Assembly: GCA_963703285.1 (NCBI GenBank) | Contig: OY969807.1 | Span: 1,984,001 to 2,048,000 of the forward strand | DNA length: 64,000 nt | Direction of reading: 5' to 3' | Source: an uncultured Nitrososphaerota archaeon | GTDB lineage: Archaea; Thermoproteota; Nitrososphaeria; Nitrososphaerales; Gagatemarchaeaceae | In this document: positions 52,764 through 60,923 of the stretch, one piece after another | Position numbering within the stretch: the stretch's first letter is position 1 | How the letters are laid out: every line of letters begins with the position of its first letter | Notes under the pieces: generated by a model | The model's database searches: none | The model's input: only the letters and a program-made list of their open reading frames with translations | What the model was told of the DNA's origin: nothing | Made by a program: the position numbers and the translations under genes

Positions 52764-52817
52764 GTAGGTACCGGAAAAGTATAACCTCGATTTATACCTT
52801 CTCGCCCCGCGCCGACC

Positions 52818-55007
52818 CTACTCCTTGTCGATGAACTCTGCGGGGTTCGGCGGCTCCGGCGCCAGCCCCTTCCTCTTCCTTATCTCCGTGACCAGCGGCA
52901 GGAGCATGTTCGTCGGGACCGACTGCCAGAGCTTGAAGTTCGTGTTCCAAGTGGCCTTGCCCGCGGTCGCGCCCCTCATGACCTGCGAGAGGTCGAAGGT
53001 CTCGGCCGCCGGTATCTCGCCCTGGATGATTGTCACGACCTCCCTCTGCTCGACGTTGATGAGCTTCCCCCGCTTCGAGCTGATGACGCCCGTGATGGCG
53101 CCTATCAGGTCCCCGGGCCCCTTCACCTCTATCCCGAGTATCGGCTCCAGCAGCGTCGGGTTCGCCGTCAGCATCGCGCCCAGCACCGCCCTCCTCGTCG
53201 CGGGCATGAGCTGCGCGTAGGTCCTGTGCGCCGGGTCCTCGTGCGGGACGTAGTGGGTCAGCGTCACCTTCACACCCCTGCAGATCTCGTAGGCGAGCGG
53301 CCCGTTCTCCATGATGTCCTCGAACCCGGCCCGTATGGAGTCCATCGACTCCTGCAGGTACTGGACTCCCTTGGTCTCCTCGGTGAGCATGTTGCCCCTG
53401 GGGTCTATGGTCACGACCGACTTGGCGTCGTCCGACGACCAGCCGTTGTCCCTCAGCGTCTTCTGGATGCCCTTTTTGTCCGCCATCTCGTTGAGCGTCC
53501 CGTTCCTGATGAGCTCGACGATGTGCGGGTCGAGCGGCTCTACCTTGATGAATATCTTGTTGTGCCTGTTGGGGGAGCGCGACATCACCGGGCCCGCCGT
53601 GCCCCTGACCGCCTCCCTGTAGTTGATGATGGGCGGCGAGGTGATTATCTCGAGCCCCTGCTGCTGGAGCATCGTCGTCGCTATCTCCAGGTGGAGGACG
53701 CCCATCCCGGACATCAGCGTCTCGCCCGACTCCTGGTTGATGGTGATGATGAGGTTCGGGTCCTCGATGTTCAGCCTGCGCATCGCCTCGACGAGCTTCG
53801 GGAGGTCCCTCGGGTGCTTCGCCTCGACCGCAGTCGTCACAACAGGCTCGGAGACGTAGTGTATCGACTCGAACGGGACGACGTCCTTGAGGTTCGAGAT
53901 TGTCTCCCCCGAGCGGATGTCGAGCCCCAGCAGCGCCGGGATGTTGCCCGCCGGGAGCGAGTCCACTATCTCCCTCTGGAAGCCCATGAAGAGCTGGACC
54001 GACTGTATCTTCCCCTCCCTCTTGGAGTTGAGCAGGTAGACGGGGTCGCCGTTCGAGACGGAGCCGGAGAAGAGCCTCCCGACGCCCACCAGGCCAGCGG
54101 CCGGGTCGACGACGACGTTGGTGACCATCATGACCATCGGGCCGTTCTCGTCGCACGCCAGGAGCGACTTGCCGACGTCGCTGTTGAGGTCGCCCTGCCA
54201 AATCTTGGGGATGCGGTAGGCCTGCGCGACGTGCGGCGGCGGGTGGTGCTTCACTACCATGCCCAGGAGAGCCTCGTGGAGCGGGAGCTTCTTGCCCAGC
54301 CCCTCGGGGCCCACTGTCTGGTAGGCCTCGATGATGTCCTTGAACGACATGTTCGCCTGCTTCGCCATGACCGCGTTGAAGCCCCACTTGTCCTTGGACG
54401 AGCCGAAGGCGACCTGCCCGGCCGCGACCGTCACCTTCCACTTCTCCTTGTACTCGGGCTCCGCGTAGGTGTCGATTAGGCGGTTGAAGTCGTTTACGAT
54501 GTTGAAAAGCCACTTCTGCATCGCTTCGGGGCCTAAACGAAGCTCTTTTATCAAACGGTCGATTTTATTGATGTATAAGACCGGACGGACCCGTTCTTCG
54601 AGTGCTTGCCGCGTTACAGTCTCAGTCTGGGTCATAACTCCTTCAACCGAGTCTACAACGACGATTGCGCCGTCAACGGCCCTCAAACTGCGCGTTACTT
54701 TGCCAGTGAAGTCGATGTGGCCCGGCGTATCGATTAGATTGATTACATAGGGCTGCCCTTCCTCTTCGTAGTACAAAGTGACGTTTGCTGCCTTAATCGT
54801 CATCTGTCTGGACTGTTCCAGCTCCATATAGTCCAAAGCGAGCGCCTGTCCGGCAACGGAGGGTGAAAGCATCCCGCATGCGGCTAAAAGGGAGTCGGAC
54901 GTAGTGGTCTTCCCGTGGTCGACGTGTGCGATGATCCCCAGGTTCCGTATGTGCGTCCTATCGTGGACGATTTTTAGAGCTTCGGTTGTCGACTTGAACT
55001 TCGGCAT
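52818..55007 (-). CDS. fusA: Translation elongation factor 2 (archaeal EF-2)
   Basis: AHVDHGKTT, DTPGH, NKID, HEDPAHR diphthamide loop; 729 aa. Confidence 0.98.
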   Translation of the reverse strand: MPKFKSTTEALKIVHDRTHIRNLGIIAHVDHGKTTTSDSLLAACGMLSPSVAGQALALDYMELEQSRQMTIKAANVTLYYEEEGQPYVINLIDTPGHIDFTGKVTRSLRAVDGAIVVVDSVEGVMTQTETVTRQALEERVRPVLYINKIDRLIKELRLGPEAMQKWLFNIVNDFNRLIDTYAEPEYKEKWKVTVAAGQVAFGSSKDKWGFNAVMAKQANMSFKDIIEAYQTVGPEGLGKKLPLHEALLGMVVKHHPPPHVAQAYRIPKIWQGDLNSDVGKSLLACDENGPMVMMVTNVVVDPAAGLVGVGRLFSGSVSNGDPVYLLNSKREGKIQSVQLFMGFQREIVDSLPAGNIPALLGLDIRSGETISNLKDVVPFESIHYVSEPVVTTAVEAKHPRDLPKLVEAMRRLNIEDPNLIITINQESGETLMSGMGVLHLEIATTMLQQQGLEIITSPPIINYREAVRGTAGPVMSRSPNRHNKIFIKVEPLDPHIVELIRNGTLNEMADKKGIQKTLRDNGWSSDDAKSVVTIDPRGNMLTEETKGVQYLQESMDSIRAGFEDIMENGPLAYEICRGVKVTLTHYVPHEDPAHRTYAQLMPATRRAVLGAMLTANPTLLEPILGIEVKGPGDLIGAITGVISSKRGKLINVEQREVVTIIQGEIPAAETFDLSQVMRGATAGKATWNTNFKLWQSVPTNMLLPLVTEIRKRKGLAPEPPNPAEFIDKE

Positions 55008-55045
55008 AAACTAAGCCTGCTTCGAAAGCCGTCCGATGCGTGATG

Positions 55046-55053
55046 GTTATAAC
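55046..55053. promoter_or_regulatory. Palindromic GTTATAAC, candidate shared TATA box of divergent fusA and ardC
   Basis: Lies in the 68-bp gap between the divergent starts. Confidence 0.4.
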
Positions 55054-55075
55054 GTTTTACGCATTGTAAGTCGCC

Positions 55076-58000
55076 TTGCCCTCAACCGAAACCGACATTC
55101 CGACCGCCCAGACAAATCCCGTAATCTCAACTCCAGAGTCTTGGAGACAACGAGCTAACTCCGAACTAGAGAACATAATCCAGCTCTTCTCATCGAAAGA
55201 ACTTCCAGACCTGTGCGCGAAGGCAATCATCAACGCCCCTGAGAAACCCTCCTCAAAGTGGTCGTTCGGAAACCAACTTCTCATGCTCCTGGCTGGAACC
55301 TCTGATGCCCGCGGTTTCAGGCAGTGGAACGAAGTTGGGCGCTGGGTCAGCAAGGGCGCGAAGGCGTTCTGGATCCTGGGGCCGGTCAGGAAGAAGGTCA
55401 AGACCAGCAGAGACGCCTTAGAAGACCAGGGAGAAGGGGCGCAGGAGTTCAGGGAAATCCTCGTGGGGTTCAAGGCGATTGCCGTCTTCAGGTACGAGGA
55501 CACCTACGGCAAGGACCTCCCTGTCTACGAACCGAGAAGCACGCCTCCGCTCATGGAAGTCGCCGAGAGGTTCGGCATGAAGGTCCAGTACGAGCGACTC
55601 GCCCCGGGCGTGTACGGAGCTACCGACCACACGAACAAGACAATCGTCTTGGCCACGGAAGACTGGGACACCTTCTTTCATGAACTAGGCCACGCCGTCC
55701 ACAGGAGTTTCGAACCTAAGAGCGGTCACGGGCAGGAGCTTGAGGCGGAGACGGTAGCTCAGCTCGTCGCAGCCACCCTCGCCAGGCTCTACGACAGACC
55801 AGCAGACAACTTCAGCTGGAGCTACATCGCCAGCTATGCAGCCTCGAACAGCCCTCAGCAGGTCGGCAGAATGTGCATGCGTGTACTAGCGCGTCACGAA
55901 AAGAGGTAGCCTGCTACCTCTCTGCTGTAAGGAGCAATGCCCGAAGAACTGTAGTCAAACATCAGAACAGCCGTCCTAAACCGTAGGACTATATTCCCCT
56001 ACCTACCACAACTATTCCATGCAAAGTAGCGCCATTCGGACAAAGGTATTAATGACGCACGACCACATCAAACACAGACACGACATGAAGACTTCCAGAA
56101 GAGGAATTGGAACAGCAATCATTGCCATTGTTTCAGTCGTGGTCATCCTGGTCGGAGCGACAGGAGTCATTGTACTCACGTCACAGTCGAATACTTCCCA
56201 TTCTTCCAGTCCATCGACTTCTTCCAACTTATCATCGACCACTACTCTGCCGGTCAATACCAGTCAAACTCTTACCACCCAGTCGCAAACGACCTCGACG
56301 ACGATCTCTAGCTCGTGCTCGGGGTATCAGTCGGGCGGTGATTGTCTTGCGACCTACAACTACACTTTCATCGTTTCCGTAAACTATACTGGTCCGTGGA
56401 AGTTGACGTATCTGGGATACAACAACCTCGGCCAGACCAATCCTACGAATGTCAGTGGGAGCTACACTGGTAGCGGTTTCTTCGCCAAGAACGTTACCAT
56501 GACATCAGTAGTTACCGGCGGCCTGACTCTTTGCGCCACAGCACAGAAACTCGACAGCTCCAACAATACCCTCATCGTAACCGTCACTGGCTCCAATGAA
56601 ACATCCGTTCCGTATGGGTCTACCTCGTACTGCGCGAGCGCAGTACCATAAGCTGGAACACCTCATCACCAGCATGCTCAGTCATCTCCATCCCACACTA
56701 CAGTAGGTAAGGCTGGGCGTCCTCGACCGCAAGGTCAGGACTCCCGAAGGTGAAAGTCGTCTGGCTTGTTGGGCTCTGAGCAGAGTCCAGCATGGGGCTA
56801 GCCCCAGACATAGACAGCCGATAAGGGAACAGCCTAGGTTCCCGAGACGGCGACCTTAGGACGGACACGGCAACGTTAAGGAATCCACAACAGGTAGCGC
56901 ATGCGCCATGCGAAGACGCTAGGATAGGACGAAGCGCGCATGGTATAGAGAGCTACCACACTTTACTCAAGGACGAAGTGTGGCAAATCCCCTCCTTCAG
57001 GCAGGCGAGAACCGGCCAGCGAGCTGGAGCTCTCTCGGTAACTGGTGGGTGCCTAAATCCGTCCGCAGAAGTGCTCCTTACAGAACGTGAGACCCAACCC
57101 GGTCTGACTCCCGTCGATAAAGGGCGAGAGGATAGGACGGCTGCGTCCGACTTGACCGGGTTGGCTCCGAGGAGTCATAGTACCCTGAACGTCGGCCAAT
57201 TACCGACCTGTGGGGAAGGACTCTAGCCTGAAATCCGAAGTCTGAACTGTGCAGAAGGATGGATTCAGTCCACGAAACACAACAGGAGGTGAGAGAATGG
57301 ACTCAAACAATCAGTTGGGTGAGCAATCACCCAATCCAGTAGTCCGCAAGGACGAAGGCAGAGTCATTCTCCATATCCAGAGTGGGCTCGCCATAGCAGC
57401 AACAAGACAACCGAACAAACGGTTCCACAACCTACACCCGCTACTCTGGAGAAGAGAGTGGCTCAAATCGGCTCTGGAAGCAGTCCTAGACAACACTGGC
57501 GCGAAGACCTCAGGCGTAGACGGAGTGTGCGGGGCAGACCTGCACGAACCGTCTGCTAGGGCCAGATTTGTCGAGGAACTGCGGACAGAACTGAAACACA
57601 AGACCTACCACCCCTCGCCTGTCCTGAGGAAGTACATTCCGAAGGCCAGCGGAGGGAAACGACCAATAGGCATTCCAACGCTGAAGGATAGGACAGTTCA
57701 GATGGTCTTGAAGATGGTTCTCGAACCAATCTTTGAGGCCGACTTCCTGCCCAATTCCAACGGCTTCCGACCTGAGCGAAGCACGCTGGAGTGCGTATTG
57801 CCCATGTATCAGTACGGGGACAGCAAGCGTCTGTACGAATGGGTCATCGAGGGAGACATCGAAGGGTGCTTCGACAACATCGACCACTGGATACTGATGG
57901 AAGCTATAGAACGAAGGATAGCCGACCCAAAAGTCCTGTGGCTGATCCGCCGATTCCTCAAGGCACCCGTCATCGAGAAGGGCATCCGAACTCAGACCAA

Positions 58001-59244
58001 GAAAGGAACCCCGCAAGGCGGAGTCCTTTCGCCACTCCTAGCCAACATCTACCTCAACGAGTTTGACCAGCATTGGTACGAGAGCTGGGGCAAACTCACC
58101 TACAAGCAGAGAAGACTGCGACGTGAGAAAGGGCAGGCAAGCTGCGTGCTGTTCAGGTATGCGGACGACTTCATCCTGAGCGTGAAAGGCACTCAGGAGC
58201 AGGCCACCGCAATCATGGACAACATACGCAGCTTCTTCACGGAGAAGCTGAGGCTGAGCCTGTCCGCAGAAAAGACGCGTGTCGTGCATCTGGAAGCTGG
58301 ATTCGATTTCCTCGGATTTCGCATCCAGCGAGTAAGGCTAGACCACGGCATGTGCGTCAGGATACGACCAACACAAAAGAACCTACTCCGACTCAAGTAC
58401 AAACTGCAAGCCATGCTAGGGCCGAGCGCGAAGAGCGACGACCCTCAGATGAAGATTGCAGCCATGAACAGAGTCTTGAGAGGATGGGCAAACTACTACA
58501 GAACCGTCAACTCACATCAGCAATTCGCTACGGGAGACTTTCTGGCACAGCGCCTGTTCTATCAATGGTATTGTAGGAAATACCAGATAAGCGTCCAGAA
58601 ATGCCTCTCCGTCGTGCTCAGAAACGGTAGTGTAGTCATCCAAAGAGGGCCGGTCAAGACCGAACTCTTTAGGATGAACTCGAACAAGAGCATGCACACC
58701 TCACTGAATCACAGACTTGTTTGGAAATACAGGTCAATCAGCAATCCATACATCCGCCAGAACCACACCGCAACCAGCGTATCAGAGGAAAACGACGACC
58801 CAATCGTTGATGTGCCCAACATCCACCCGATTGCGCCCGAGTACGATGAAACCTATCTCTCCAACCGCTTTCTGGCGTTTGAGAGGGATGGATGGAGGTG
58901 TACTCTGTGCGGCAGTCGGGAAAGACTTCAGGCGCACCATAGGGAACCTGTCCCCAAAGGAATGGTCTTCAACCCGCAGGTCGTGCACCGGGTCGAAAAT
59001 CTTCAGACATTGTGCGCGACATGCCACAGTAGGCTACCTAGAAACTAGGCAGCCGAAACCCATCCATCCAATGCACAAGAAGAGGACGGAGGACGTAGGG
59101 GTGAAAGCCCGGTGATGCGAAAGTATCACGCCGGGTTTGGGAGGGAGGGTGCGTGTTTCCTGCCTGAAGCAATTCTAGCGTGGCAACGCACTCTTACCTC
59201 AGGACAGGACCAAGAAAGTCCTCGACCTCATCTATGCGACCTAA
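55076..59244 (+). CDS. ardC: ArdC-like ssDNA-binding/zincin antirestriction protein, split by group II intron (exons 55076-55888 and 59203-59244; 284 aa spliced)
   Basis: WSFGNQLL, RGFRQWNEVGRWVSKGAKA, HELGH; exon junction reads MCMRVL|DRTKKVLDLIYAT*. Confidence 0.8.
56085..56651 (+). CDS. Passenger gene: class III signal (pilin-like) surface protein with S/T-rich linker
   Basis: MKTSRRG/IGTAIIAIVSVVVILVG, S/T linker, beta domain with 4 Cys and N-glycosylation sequons; TATA-like AAAGGTATTAAT about 32 bp upstream. Confidence 0.78.
   Translation: MKTSRRGIGTAIIAIVSVVVILVGATGVIVLTSQSNTSHSSSPSTSSNLSSTTTLPVNTSQTLTTQSQTTSTTISSSCSGYQSGGDCLATYNYTFIVSVNYTGPWKLTYLGYNNLGQTNPTNVSGSYTGSGFFAKNVTMTSVVTGGLTLCATAQKLDSSNNTLIVTVTGSNETSVPYGSTSYCASAVP
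57297..59048 (+). CDS. ltrA: Group II intron reverse transcriptase/maturase with HNH endonuclease
   Basis: RPIGIPTLKDR, GDIEGCFDNI, GTPQGGVLSPLLAN, RYADD, RGWANYY, C-terminal CxxC..HH..NLQTLCxxCH; RBS AGGAGGTGA. Confidence 0.96.
   Translation: MDSNNQLGEQSPNPVVRKDEGRVILHIQSGLAIAATRQPNKRFHNLHPLLWRREWLKSALEAVLDNTGAKTSGVDGVCGADLHEPSARARFVEELRTELKHKTYHPSPVLRKYIPKASGGKRPIGIPTLKDRTVQMVLKMVLEPIFEADFLPNSNGFRPERSTLECVLPMYQYGDSKRLYEWVIEGDIEGCFDNIDHWILMEAIERRIADPKVLWLIRRFLKAPVIEKGIRTQTKKGTPQGGVLSPLLANIYLNEFDQHWYESWGKLTYKQRRLRREKGQASCVLFRYADDFILSVKGTQEQATAIMDNIRSFFTEKLRLSLSAEKTRVVHLEAGFDFLGFRIQRVRLDHGMCVRIRPTQKNLLRLKYKLQAMLGPSAKSDDPQMKIAAMNRVLRGWANYYRTVNSHQQFATGDFLAQRLFYQWYCRKYQISVQKCLSVVLRNGSVVIQRGPVKTELFRMNSNKSMHTSLNHRLVWKYRSISNPYIRQNHTATSVSEENDDPIVDVPNIHPIAPEYDETYLSNRFLAFERDGWRCTLCGSRERLQAHHREPVPKGMVFNPQVVHRVENLQTLCATCHSRLPRN
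59105..59202 (+). ncRNA. Group II intron domains V and VI
   Basis: AGC triad, GAAA loop, 34-nt DV; GAGG-GAGGGTGCGT pairs with ACGCACTCTT-A-CCTC. Confidence 0.93.
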
Positions 59245-59491
59245 AGCAACCCAAATGCGGCTATTATTCAATAGCCATTATCTCTCTTTTTTGAACGAGT
59301 TTTTAGATGAGAAACCGACAAAGGCCCCCTGTTTAGAGAGTTTTGTTCATTACAGGATATGTTGCATTCGTTGCGCGAGAGACTTTGACTATAGAAGTGC
59401 GATGACCAATCAAGTTTATACGATTCCTTATTCTGAAGAGCCGCCATGATTAAGCCTGGTCTTGCCTTGGTTGCGGTCGGTGGGTTCTCAC

Positions 59492-59680
59492 TTATCCTGT
59501 CGTCTGCATTTGGTGACTTGCTTGGATTTGTAGGAGGCATATCCATCGGATATGGCTTTGTTGAGTGGCTCGCGTCTGCCATCTTGCCTTGAGATACTTC
59601 TTGATCTTCTGCTCCCATTCCTCTTGAGTGATTATGCCCTTCCCTTCGAGGGCTTGCGCTAGGGCGGTGATCATGTCCAT
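59492..59680 (-). CDS. Small hypothetical protein or remnant
   Basis: LEGKGIITQEEWEQKI helical motif. Confidence 0.35.
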   Translation of the reverse strand: MDMITALAQALEGKGIITQEEWEQKIKKYLKARWQTRATQQSHIRWICLLQIQASHQMQTTG

Positions 59681-59860
59681 GTGAAATCAAACGAGAGAAG
59701 TAAGCACTTCAACGGACATTTGGATAACTTTGATTGCGGCTTCCTCAGAGTTCAATACTCCGGGTGCCGTCGTCCCGACACCTGAGGCAGTACTTGGAAA
59801 AAGTGATGCAAGATAATCAGGGATGCCAAGTTCGGTAGGTACAAGGTCAGGGATAGTTTT

Positions 59861-59899
59861 TTGGTCCGAGGCTTCTGCATCCAGTGCAACAAGGAGGTC
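59861..59899 (+). repeat. 39-bp direct repeat of a zinc-finger gene 5' end (other copy at 62422-62460)
   Basis: 37/39 identical; encodes MVRGFCIQCN.EV. Confidence 0.85.
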
Positions 59900-60109
59900 A
59901 ACGAGTGCTTAATCCAGCTCAATGACCCGGCGCCCAAGAATCGACTGATTCAGAAAGGCTATTCAAACGAGCAAATGAAGCAGATGCCGCATGTCGGATG
60001 CGCCATCGCCGAAAGGTCCGGAAGCCTCTGGCCTCCCCAAGCTCGGGGAGAAGGTCGCCGCCATATCCAAGCTTCACGAATGACGTTCGGAAGGCAGTGA
60101 GGAGTCATC

Positions 60110-60508
60110 ATGCCTCTCAAATACCCTGAATTCAGCGAACTTGCAACGATTAACAAGGAAGCCGTCGCTCTCACAGGTGAAGAACACAACTACGACTCGT
60201 ACGATGAAGAGGGGCTACGAGCAATACTTGCAAATCTTCAGGGGCTGTACAACGACCTTCCCGGTCTTGAGTGCATAACTAACAAGGTAACTTACCTCAT
60301 TTTCAGCATAGCCTACGAGCAACGCTTTCACGAAGGAAACAAGCGTACAGCCTTGATCATCGGGGAGACGTTTCTGAAGAGAAACGGGTACACAATCGAC
60401 ATCGAGGACCAAGGATTATTGCAAATATTGGATAGGTGTGCAATTCAAGCGGCAACCTTAAAAGACCTCTACCCAGAAATCAAACGTCTGATCAAGAATG
60501 ACCGATGA
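60110..60508 (+). CDS. Fic/Doc family protein (motif His replaced by Gln)
   Basis: EQRFHEGNKRTA, FLKRNG. Confidence 0.82.
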   Translation: MPLKYPEFSELATINKEAVALTGEEHNYDSYDEEGLRAILANLQGLYNDLPGLECITNKVTYLIFSIAYEQRFHEGNKRTALIIGETFLKRNGYTIDIEDQGLLQILDRCAIQAATLKDLYPEIKRLIKNDR

Positions 60509-60599
60509 CGAACATGAGGCGTGGTTGGAGACAGCGGCCTCAATTATCGAGGAACATAGGGCATTCTTGACATACGTCGGGTCAGAAGAGAGAAATTAG
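60498..60599 (+). CDS. Putative 33-aa Doc antitoxin-like peptide (not in ORF track)
   Basis: MTDDEHEAWLETAASIIEEHRAFLTYVG; overlaps the Fic stop codon. Confidence 0.45.
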   Translation: MTDDEHEAWLETAASIIEEHRAFLTYVGSEERN

Positions 60600-60923
60600 T
60601 CCACTAAACCGGGTTAATCATTGTACACCCACAAGACCTCGTTTTTTGCACCTCCAATCGAGCCTCGTCGACAAACATTCGCTCATTCGCCTTCCCGAGT
60701 CACCCGGAAGGTGTTAGCTCAAAAATGACAGGTCGTGACGTCTTCCTCTTCGACACGTTGGCCGCCTCGCCGTGGAAGACCCTTGCGCTCGTGACCACGT
60801 TTTTGCGGCTCAGGTAATTCCTTTGGTCATCTCAAGTTCAAGGCCTGAGACTCATGTTCGCGCAATCGGGTGCTCGCCAAACCCGATTCATCATATAACC
60901 ACCACCCTCCATCGCTGAAGCCT

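Larger units (their letters stand above)
55889..59202 (+). mobile_element. Group II intron (3314 nt) with RT/En IEP and a passenger ORF in domain I
   Basis: DI closing helices (55925-55936/57072-57083; 55894-55898/57086-57090), DII, DIII, DV 59105-59138, DVI with bulged A at -7; removal restores the ardC frame. Confidence 0.92.

Noticed and set aside
52792-54513. Long alternative-frame ORFs overlapping fusA, cdc48 and other genes (e.g. 573 aa, 474 aa)
   Set aside because: Shadow ORFs caused by very high GC3; they stop where fusA codon usage changes
56897-56946. EBS1/EBS2 assignment (TGGTAT versus exon GTACTA; GCGCATGC versus GCATGCGT)
   Set aside because: Complementarity exists, but I cannot place these in the proper loops without folding, so no claim is made
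57297-59048. RT as a DGR, retron or defence RT
   Set aside because: It has maturase X and HNH domains and is followed by clear DV/DVI; no TR/VR repeat pair seen
60640-60830. Possible winged-helix gene remnant on the minus strand
   Set aside because: Short and interrupted, with no reliable motif
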